From positions 192,001 through 256,000 of the forward strand of contig CAWKBC010000030.1 of the NCBI GenBank assembly GCA_963847705.1: a DNA stretch of 64,000 nt, written 5' to 3'. The notes below the pieces were generated by a model. It ran no database searches. It was not told the DNA's origin and saw only the letters and a list, made by a program, of their open reading frames with translations. The stretch is from an uncultured Pseudomonadota bacterium. GTDB taxonomy: Bacteria > Myxococcota_A > Polyangia > Fen-1088. This document shows positions 13,958-21,870 of this stretch, piece by piece. A program made the position numbers and the translations under genes. The stretch's first letter is position 1; every line of letters begins with the position of its first letter.

Positions 13958-14557
13958 TCAGAACTGAACGTGCGGCGCCGTCGCCGCGCCGGCCTGCGCC
14001 TGGAAGTAGGCCTTCTGCGGGAACTTGCTGCCGAAGACGCTGGCGATCAGCACCGTGGGAAAGCGGTTGCGGGCCGTGTTGTAGGCCTGCGCGGTCTCGT
14101 TGAACCGCATGCGCTCGACCGCGATCCGGTTCTCGGTCCCCTCCAGCTGCACCTGAAGATCTCGGAAGGCCTGGGTCGCCTTGAGGTCCGGATACTTCTC
14201 CGAGACGACCAGCAACCGGGAGAGCGCCGACGACAGGCCGTCCTGCGCCTGCTGAAACCGCTTCAGCGCCTCGGGATCGTTCGCGATCTTCTCGGTGGCC
14301 TGCGCGGAGACCTGGCCGACCTGCGCCCGGGCCTGCGTCACCGCCGTGAAGGTGTCCTTCTCGAACTTGGCGGCGCCCTTCACCGTCTCGACGAGGTTGG
14401 GGACCAGGTCGGCGCGGCGCTGGTAGGCGTTCTCCACCTGAGCCCACTGCGCGTCGACCGCTTGATCGAGGCCGACCAGCTTGTTGTAGCCGCCCACGCA
14501 CGACAGCCCGAGGATCGCCACCAGTCCGAGGCCGGCGATGACGCCGATTTTTCCCAT
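13958..14557 (-). CDS. lemA: LemA family protein
   Basis: YQRRADLVPNLVETVKG, EKYPDLKA, LEGTENRIAVER. Confidence 0.95.
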   Translation of the reverse strand: MGKIGVIAGLGLVAILGLSCVGGYNKLVGLDQAVDAQWAQVENAYQRRADLVPNLVETVKGAAKFEKDTFTAVTQARAQVGQVSAQATEKIANDPEALKRFQQAQDGLSSALSRLLVVSEKYPDLKATQAFRDLQVQLEGTENRIAVERMRFNETAQAYNTARNRFPTVLIASVFGSKFPQKAYFQAQAGAATAPHVQF

Positions 14558-14632
14558 GGTGCCATGATGGTAGGCACCGGACCCGACCGGACAACCGGGA
14601 AAGCGCCGCCAGGCGGCGATTCCGACGCCAGA

Positions 14633-14821
14633 CTAATTCAGGCGCTGGTCGCGGCGGCGCGGGGGCTCGTCGCCCAGCTCGAAGCCGCGGTCGCCGAACA
14701 GCTCGCCGACCAGGTCGGCGTCCATGGCCCGCCGCTGGTGCCAGGAGCCGACCACGTATCCGGCCACGGCGCAGGCCCCACCTGCCACGACGAAGAGTGC
14801 GCTTACCAGGCCGTTCAACAT
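14633..14821 (-). CDS. Small single-TM protein (62 aa)
   Basis: AGGGGG RBS before ATG 14821; MLNGLVSALFVVAGGACAVAGYVVG helix plus acidic tail. Confidence 0.55.
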   Translation of the reverse strand: MLNGLVSALFVVAGGACAVAGYVVGSWHQRRAMDADLVGELFGDRGFELGDEPPRRRDQRLN

Positions 14822-15027
14822 GTATCCCCCTGTGATTGAAATCGGAGGGGCAGGGCGAATACTTGAATGAAGCGCGTCAGTTTGTCGCCCCGGCCGAGGG
14901 CCTTTGTGCAGCTTATCCACGGTCGGCGTTCGTAATTCCACAGTGGCCCCCCGGATCGGTCCAACTTCCGACGCCTCGGGCACCCCGGACACCCCCGGGG
15001 CGCGCCGGAATTGCGGCGGCTCGACCG

Positions 15028-15043
15028 TGGCACGTCGACTGCA
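15028..15043 (+). promoter_or_regulatory. Sigma54 (-24/-12) promoter
   Basis: TGGCACG-TCGA-CTGCA, exact GG-N10-GC spacing. Confidence 0.65.
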
Positions 15044-15055
15044 ATGGGGCATCGC

Positions 15056-15193
15056 ATGCGTCGTTTCTTGATGAATCTCCTTCCCTCGCTGGTCACGTTC
15101 GCCCCGTCGCTGTTCGTCGTGGCGCTCATGATCCTGGCGCTCGCCAACAACCTGTCGGGCCTGGCCCGCGTGCGGATCCCCCATGCGGGCTGA
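15056..15193 (+). CDS. Small hydrophobic protein (40-45 aa) overlapping the MMPL start
   Basis: MRRFLMNLLPSLVTFAPSLFVVALMILALANNLSG...; GC3-rich codons; 11-nt overlap with the next gene. Confidence 0.5.
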   Translation: MRRFLMNLLPSLVTFAPSLFVVALMILALANNLSGLARVRIPHAG

Positions 15194-17738
15194 AGCGCGC
15201 GGGTCGGGGACGGCGAAGGCCGGTCTGGGGCTGCGCTGGGCGCGCTGGACCACCCGCCGGCGCTGGGCGATCCTGGCCGCGGCGACGGTCGTGGCGGCCG
15301 TCGCGGGGCCGGTCGCCGCCAGGTTGCCGCTCTTCGGCGACCTGGCGTACCTGCTGCCACCGGCGACGCCATCGGTCCGCGACCTCCACGCGCTCGAGTC
15401 CCGGGCGCAGGTGTTCGGGACGATCATCGTCGCGGTCGAGTCGGACGACCCTGGGCGGCGTCTGGCCGCGGCGCAGCTGGTGCGCGAGCGCCTGCGGGCC
15501 TTGCCGTCCAGCATGCTCCTCGGCGTCGACTATGACAGCGGCACGCGGGACCGGTACGCCTGGGCGCACCGCTACCTGCTGGCGCCGACCGACGAGCTCA
15601 CCGGCGTGCGTGACGAGCTGGCGGCGCGCAAGGCGCGTCTCAATCCACTTTACGTGTCGCTCGACGACGACGCGGGCGACGCAGCGAAGGCGGAGGCGCG
15701 ACCGATCGGCGAGCGTCTGCGGGCGCTCAAGCAGCAGATGGACGCGGCCAAGGCGGGGGCCGACAATCCGGCGCCGATCCTCTCCAAGGATGCCCGCCTC
15801 CAGCTGGTGGTGGCGCGGACGCGCTTCCCGGCCGACGAGGTCTCGCGCAACGTCGCGGCGTTCCAGGCGGCCGAGCGCGCCGCTTCCGAGGCGCGCCTGC
15901 TGGGCGGTCCGACCGTCCGCATCGGGATCACCGGCGACGTCGCCAACGCCGCCCAGGAGCACCAGGCGCTGCTGGGCGGGATGGTGCGCGCGACCATCTT
16001 CACCACCGCGATCGTGGCGCTGGGCCTGCTGCTGTTCTTCGGCGCGGCGGCGCCGGTGGTGGCGCTCCTGGGCGTGCTGACGGTCGGGGCGCTGGTGACC
16101 TTCGCCTTCGCGTTCCTCAGCATCGGCCACCTCAACCTGGCGACGGCGTTCCTGGCGCCCATCGTGGTCGGCAACGGGATCAACTTCGGGATCATCCTGC
16201 TGGCGCGCTATTTCGAGGAGCGCAAGCGCCAGCAGGGCAACGGAACCGACGATCCGACGGCCGCGCTCGGAGCGGCGGTGCAGGGGAGCTTCGGCGGGAC
16301 GCTGGCCGCGGCGCTGACGGCGTCGGTCTCTTACGCCTCGCTGCTCTGCACGCAGTTCCGCGGCTTCCGGCACTTCGGGGTGATCGGCGGCGTGGGAATC
16401 CTCTGCTGCTGGGCGGCCACGTTCGTGATTCTTCCGGCCGCGCTGGCGGTCTTGGCGCGGCACGGCCTGGGCAACGGCCGATCGCCGGCACGGTTGGGGC
16501 GTCGGTTGGCGGCGTTGGTTCCGCGCCGGTGGCCGCTCGTCGTCGGGATGACGGCGCTGGTGCTGGTGGGCTCGGCCGCCGGCGCCGTGCGCTACCTGGC
16601 CAGCCGGCCGTTCGAGGGGGACTTCAACAACCTCCGCTCGAGCGGCGCGACGATGCGCGAGACGCTGCGCTGGAACGACGAGATCGATCGGGCCTTCGGC
16701 CGCGGGATCTCCGGCGGCACGGTGATCGCGCTGCCGACGCGTGAACGAGCGCGCGAGGTGGCCGAGCGGCTGCGCGCCGCCGACGCTGGCAAGCCGGACA
16801 AGCAGCGCTTGTTCTCACACGTGACCACGCTCGACGATCTGGTGCCGCCCGATCAGGACGACAAGCTGGCGGTGCTGGCCGACATTCACCGGCTGCTCAC
16901 CAAGGCGACGCTGGCGTCGATGAGCGACGCCGATCAACAGATCGCCCGCGAGCTCGATCCCCCGGCCAAGATCGCGCGCATCGCCGACGCCGACGTCCCG
17001 CTGGAGCTGGGCTGGCCCTTCACCGAGCAGGACGGCACGCACGGGCGGCTGCTGGTGGCCAAGACGGGGGCGGGCTTCGACCTGTGGCGCAGCAACGATC
17101 TCGAACGCTTCGTCACCACCTTCCGGGCGCTGGGCCTGGGCTCCGACCTGGTCGTGGGCGGAAACGCTTTCGTGCAGCACGACATCGTGGGCTCGGTCGA
17201 TCACGACGGCCCGCGGGCGACCATCGTGGCGGGGCTGGGCGCGGTGCTGGTGGTGCTGGCGATCCTGGGATTGACCCGCCAGGCGGCGGTCACCATCGGC
17301 TGCGGCGCCGTCGGCGTCTTCTTGCTGCTGACGGCCGCCGGCCTGTTCGGCATCCGGATCAACTTCCTCGATTTCGTGGCGCTGCCGATCACCATCGGCA
17401 TCGGGATCGACTACGCCGTCAACGTCGCCGCCCGCCACCGCTCGGAGGGAGCGGGCTCAGCGACGCGCATCCTGAAGGCCACCGGTCCGGCGGTGGCGCT
17501 CTGCTCGTTCACGACGGTGGTGGGCTACGCGTCGCTCCTCTTTTCCGAGAACCAGGGGATCCGATCGTTCGGCCTGTCGGCTCTGATCGGCGAGCTGACC
17601 TGCGTCTTCGCCGCGCTCATCCTGGCCCCGGCGCTGCTCGACCTACGCTTCTCCAGACTCCGCGCCACGCGCCCCGTGCCGCGGCCGAGTCTCCACGACG
17701 TGGCGACCGAATCGTCTCTGGAAACGCTGCGCGCGTAA
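15183..17738 (+). CDS. MMPL/RND family transporter
   Basis: 851 aa, two repeats of TM + periplasmic loop + TM bundle; GNGINFGI and GIGIDYAV TM4/TM10 motifs. Confidence 0.9.
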   Translation: MRAEARGSGTAKAGLGLRWARWTTRRRWAILAAATVVAAVAGPVAARLPLFGDLAYLLPPATPSVRDLHALESRAQVFGTIIVAVESDDPGRRLAAAQLVRERLRALPSSMLLGVDYDSGTRDRYAWAHRYLLAPTDELTGVRDELAARKARLNPLYVSLDDDAGDAAKAEARPIGERLRALKQQMDAAKAGADNPAPILSKDARLQLVVARTRFPADEVSRNVAAFQAAERAASEARLLGGPTVRIGITGDVANAAQEHQALLGGMVRATIFTTAIVALGLLLFFGAAAPVVALLGVLTVGALVTFAFAFLSIGHLNLATAFLAPIVVGNGINFGIILLARYFEERKRQQGNGTDDPTAALGAAVQGSFGGTLAAALTASVSYASLLCTQFRGFRHFGVIGGVGILCCWAATFVILPAALAVLARHGLGNGRSPARLGRRLAALVPRRWPLVVGMTALVLVGSAAGAVRYLASRPFEGDFNNLRSSGATMRETLRWNDEIDRAFGRGISGGTVIALPTRERAREVAERLRAADAGKPDKQRLFSHVTTLDDLVPPDQDDKLAVLADIHRLLTKATLASMSDADQQIARELDPPAKIARIADADVPLELGWPFTEQDGTHGRLLVAKTGAGFDLWRSNDLERFVTTFRALGLGSDLVVGGNAFVQHDIVGSVDHDGPRATIVAGLGAVLVVLAILGLTRQAAVTIGCGAVGVFLLLTAAGLFGIRINFLDFVALPITIGIGIDYAVNVAARHRSEGAGSATRILKATGPAVALCSFTTVVGYASLLFSENQGIRSFGLSALIGELTCVFAALILAPALLDLRFSRLRATRPVPRPSLHDVATESSLETLRA

Positions 17739-17954
17739 GTGCAACGCTCTGGTTGTGTCAGCGGGCAGTCGCTCGCCCTCGAAGTGGCGTCCAAGCTCGG
17801 CGGCATCTATCGGCCTCGTGAATGACCGTGGCGCCGGCCAACCGCGCGTGCGGCGGACCGGGTTGCGCCCGGCCGCTGAACGCGAGATCGTCGTTCGGCA
17901 GACGAAAAAGCCGATGGCCGCGGGTGCGCCGGGCTACGTCGTGATGATGGCGCC

Positions 17955-18518
17955 ATGATGACGCGGAGCCTGCAGTGCGTGGTGGTTGTGGCGATCCTGG
18001 CGGGATGCTCCTCGCCGCTGCTGACGCTCAATCGGACCGCCCTCCGGATGACGACTCCAAGGACGGTGTCGGCACCTCAGTTGGCTGGACCGACCTGTGG
18101 GGGGCTCGGACTGAATTACAGTTCGCGCGTCTGCAGTCGCGACGCTTTGCAAGCGGGGGTTCAGGATCCAGCCACCATGATCCGAGCAGCGGTGGTCGAA
18201 GCGCTTGCCAAGCGCTTCTCGCTGGAGGTGGTCGAAAAGGGTTCGCCGGACCTCGTGCTGGAGATCGAAACCACCTACTGGGGCGTCGTGTATACCGGCG
18301 GCCAGTACAGAAGGGGGACCTTCGTGCTGTACTACGATGGATCGCTGAGGTTGACCGACAAGAGAACCAACAAGGTCTTGGCCGAGGGGAATTGCGTCAG
18401 CCACCCCGTCGATGGCTCTGAGTCATACCCACACGGGGAAGCCTTCAATGAGGTGATCGCGAGCGCCGTCGAGTACTGTACCGACGATTACCGGCACCGG
18501 TTGCTCGGCCTCTTCTGA
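17955..18518 (+). CDS. Hypothetical lipoprotein
   Basis: Lipobox ILAGC; codon usage less GC-rich than neighbours. Confidence 0.65.
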   Translation: MMTRSLQCVVVVAILAGCSSPLLTLNRTALRMTTPRTVSAPQLAGPTCGGLGLNYSSRVCSRDALQAGVQDPATMIRAAVVEALAKRFSLEVVEKGSPDLVLEIETTYWGVVYTGGQYRRGTFVLYYDGSLRLTDKRTNKVLAEGNCVSHPVDGSESYPHGEAFNEVIASAVEYCTDDYRHRLLGLF

Positions 18519-18653
18519 TCCTGGCGCCGGCCGCGCACGCGTCGGCAGGATGACGAACGTGTCACGCTTCCGCTCTCTGTTCCGTTTCGGGTGGGCTGAT
18601 CCGTTACGACCCTTCACCGATCCACCCAGCTGCTGAGATACAGTGCGCTCAGG

Positions 18654-19196
18654 ATGGGCATGCGACCCGAAGCCCCGCTGATCCGACATCGCGCGATTCT
18701 GCTCCTCGCTGCGGGCATCAGCGTTGGCGCCTGCAATGGCACGCAACCGACGCCCGGGCTCCGACCCGGCGAGTCGGCGACCTGTGCCGCGACGCTCTCG
18801 GGCGCGCGGGCGGGTGGGTTCGACTGCCAGCCGGCGACGACCGAGATCGCCAACGACCGAGCCTTCTTCGACTTCGAGGCTCTCTCCCCTGCGGACGGTG
18901 GCAACGCTCTGGCGCTCACGGCGATCATCTATTTCGTCGGTGGACCCGTCCCGGCGAGCTACACGCAGGCCAGCCCGGACGGCGATCTCGGCGGTCTCGT
19001 GGTCACCGACGCCGAGGGCGGTTGGAGCACCTCGCCCGAGGGTGGCTCCTATCAGCTGACGTTCGCGAGCTTCTCCAACCCGGTCACCTATCCGGACGGA
19101 ACGCTGTACGACGCCGAGGGCACCCTCGACGCGACGTTGGTCCCCGTGGCCGGCTCGACAGTAACGGGAGTCGTGACGCTCCACGCGACATTCTGA
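18654..19196 (+). CDS. Hypothetical beta-rich lipoprotein
   Basis: Lipobox VGAC; ends VTLHATF. Confidence 0.7.
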   Translation: MGMRPEAPLIRHRAILLLAAGISVGACNGTQPTPGLRPGESATCAATLSGARAGGFDCQPATTEIANDRAFFDFEALSPADGGNALALTAIIYFVGGPVPASYTQASPDGDLGGLVVTDAEGGWSTSPEGGSYQLTFASFSNPVTYPDGTLYDAEGTLDATLVPVAGSTVTGVVTLHATF

Positions 19197-19282
19197 GCGG
19201 CATCAGAGGCACCTTCGCCTCGTTCATCACCTGTCCCTCCCGGCAGGACAGTATGCGCGAGTCCCGCGACGAGGAACCTCCC

Positions 19283-20391
19283 CTACCGATAGGCGACCAG
19301 GCGCGCGACGAACAGCAGGCCGCCGCCGATGGCGATGGCGAGGCTCAGCGCCTTGACGCCGCGGTCGCCGAACCACGCTGCGTTGCGGGCGACGAGCACC
19401 AGCGGGAGCGCGATCGAGAGGACGGCGAGCTGGCCGAGCTCGACGCCCAGATTGAAGGAGACCAGGGCGATCGGCACCTGCGCGCGCGGCAGCGCGATCT
19501 CGCGCAGCGCGCCGGCGAAGCCGAAACCGTGGATGAGGCCGAAGGGGAAGGTGATCCGCCAGCGCTTGCTGGCGTCGGTGACGAAGAGGTTCTCGATGCC
19601 GACGTAGGCGATGGAGAGGGCGATCGCCGGCTCGACCAGGCGGGGGCTGGGGGCGAAGATCGAGAACGCGGCGAGTGCCAGGGTGATCGAGTGCGCCAGC
19701 GTGAAGGCGCTCACCACGCCCACCAGCGAGCGCAGGCTGCCGCCCACCAGGATGAGGCCCAGCAAGAAGACCAGGTGATCCGCCCCGGTGAGGATGTGCT
19801 CGATGCCGAGCTTCAGCATCGACCAGGCCATGCCGAGCCCGCTCGACGTCGAGCCCCCCCGCCGAGATCCCAGGTGGCGTGCGTCCGATCGAGGACCTTG
19901 ACCTGCGCCTTGCCGGCGCGGAAGAGGCGCGCCATGTGGCGATGCCCGGGCGCCAGCGCCTCGAGCATCGGCATCGCCAGCGTGAGCCGACCGGGAGCCT
20001 GGGGGCAGACGTAGCGGACCTGGAAGACCACGCCCCCTTCACCCTCGAGCGCCCACGCGCGGTCCAGCGTTCCGGGGCAGGCCTTGCCGTCGCCCTGCAC
20101 CGTCAGGCCCGCGGTGAACGCGCGCGCGACCGCCTGGTGGCCGGCGGTCAGCTCGTCGGTGCTGATCGCGCCGTCGTGATCGGTGTCGATCGCCGGCAGC
20201 AGGCGGGCCAGCTCCCGACCGGCCATCCCGAGATCGCCGTAGACCGTCGTGCCGACCAGGCGGTACTCGCCGCTGGAGACACCGACCGCGTGGGCGAGCG
20301 CGCGGCGCTCGGGCGCGAACACCGCCAGGGCGATCGCGGCCGCCAGCAGGATCCCGGCGCCGCGGAGCGCTCTGCCTCTGAGCCTCGTCAT
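19283..20391 (-). pseudogene. HupE/UreJ family protein (periplasmic N-domain + His-containing membrane domain), frameshifted at a G7 tract
   Basis: ORF 19813-20391 (signal ending ALA-H, GHRH) and ORF 19283-19831 (GIEHILTGADH, FTLAHSITL, FGLIHGFGF, FNLGVELGQ) join in frame if C7 at 19854-19860 were C8; may be a sequencing error. Confidence 0.8.
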
Positions 20392-20406
20392 CGCGCCGCC
20401 CCCATC

Positions 20407-21765
20407 TCAGCGCACCGGAAGCTGCGCCACGGCTGCGTTCCCCGCCGCTGCCGCTGCGGCCGTCGCCACATAGGGCGCGTCGGTCAGCGTCCCCAAGAAG
20501 GCCACGATCGCGTCGATGTCGTCGTCGTTCAGCGGCGGCGCCGCCCCCTCCCGCTGGTTGTAGATGGGCGCGTAGATGTTGACGTTGGCTCGATACTTGG
20601 GCGGCACGTCGTCGAACCTCTGCCCCGGCGGGTAGATGCGGTCCGGCGCCACCGCGCGCAAGGCGTAGAAGGCCACCACGTCGCGGAGCTTCTTGTAGGT
20701 GCCGCCGTGCCCGAAGCTCTGGCGAACCGCCACGTTGCGCAGCGACGGCGTGCGGAAGCTCGAGCACCATTTTTCGTCGTTCGAGGGCGTCGTCGCGCTC
20801 TTCCGCTCGCAGAGGCCGAGATCGAAGGACGCGGGATTCCGGTTGCTGGGCAGGTCTCGGTTGCGGGGGACGGCGACCGCGTCGTACCCATAGTCGGTGA
20901 ACATCGACTCCGCCGGATTGGTCGAGGTCTCGGCCAGGCGGTGGCAGCCGGAGCAGGCGCCGCGGCGCCGGTCCTTGAAGGCCTCGAGGCCGCGCCTCTC
21001 CTGTTCCGTCAGGGTCGCCTGGCCGCGCACGTAGGCGTCGTACTTGGAGGTGGCCGGCGTCATCTCGTCGCTGGTGAGATAGGCCGCGAGCGTCAGACCG
21101 ACGCCGCGCAGGATCGTCTGCGCGTCCGACGACGGTCCCAGCGCGGCGCGAAATTCTTTGCCGTAAGGCCCGCTGGCGATCTTGTCGGCGAGATGGCGCG
21201 GGGTCCCGGCGTTCATCTCGTTGGGGTTGAAGAGCGGCTGCCGCACCAGGTCCACCAGGCTGTCGGAGCGCCCGTCCCAGAAGAAGCCGCCGCGCGGCTC
21301 CGGCGCCGGGGCCTCGTCGTCCTCGAAGTAGTGAAACTTGGGGACGTACCTCATGTAGAGGACCGACGGCGTCGAACGTCGCGCGAATCGCCCGGGGCGG
21401 CTCCCCAGCGGCACGCCGATGCTGGAGCCGTGGCCTCCCGAAAACGCGTGCGCCGGCTCGTGGCAGCTGGCGCAGCTCGTCCCGGGCGGCTCGGAGAGGC
21501 GTTCGTCGAAGAAGATCTTCTTGCCCAGCGCCACCAGCACCGGGTTGTCGGGCGGTCCCTGGCGGGGCGGCACCGGAAGGACATTCGTACGGTGGGCCGG
21601 GATCACCTGGGCGCGGGGCAGCTTGGGGAGCTTCGCCGCCGCGAAGGCCTGGTCGATGGTCGGTTTCGGCGCGGGCGGAGGTGAGCTCCTCTCGCAGGCA
21701 CCGAGGGCCAATACGAAGGCGGCACCCGTTGCCAGATGCCGCCAGGATGCTGCCTCTCTTTTCAG
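20407..21765 (-). CDS. Diheme cytochrome c peroxidase-superfamily lipoprotein (MauG/BthA-like)
   Basis: CASCH and CSGCH, FFWDGR, PLFNPNEM, FRTPSLRNVA, VVAFY; lipobox LGAC; start uncertain (CTG 21765 gives a full signal, TTG 21711 does not). Confidence 0.88.
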   Translation of the reverse strand: MKREAASWRHLATGAAFVLALGACERSSPPPAPKPTIDQAFAAAKLPKLPRAQVIPAHRTNVLPVPPRQGPPDNPVLVALGKKIFFDERLSEPPGTSCASCHEPAHAFSGGHGSSIGVPLGSRPGRFARRSTPSVLYMRYVPKFHYFEDDEAPAPEPRGGFFWDGRSDSLVDLVRQPLFNPNEMNAGTPRHLADKIASGPYGKEFRAALGPSSDAQTILRGVGLTLAAYLTSDEMTPATSKYDAYVRGQATLTEQERRGLEAFKDRRRGACSGCHRLAETSTNPAESMFTDYGYDAVAVPRNRDLPSNRNPASFDLGLCERKSATTPSNDEKWCSSFRTPSLRNVAVRQSFGHGGTYKKLRDVVAFYALRAVAPDRIYPPGQRFDDVPPKYRANVNIYAPIYNQREGAAPPLNDDDIDAIVAFLGTLTDAPYVATAAAAAAGNAAVAQLPVR

Positions 21766-21870
21766 GTTGCCCTCTGCCGACGAGCCTCGGAGATAGCCGT
21801 TGTTAACATGTGCCGACCTGTGCCGAGGTCGAAAATCTCCCTCGGCACAGACCCGCTCACCGGTCTCCCA

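Noticed and set aside
14913-14942. DnaA-box-like TTATCCACG and AATTCCACA
   Set aside because: Two imperfect boxes, no dnaA or unwinding element; not an origin.
17738-18650. Integron cassette hypothesis for the orphan lipoproteins
   Set aside because: No convincing RYYYAAC...GTTRRRY attC pairs and no integrase.
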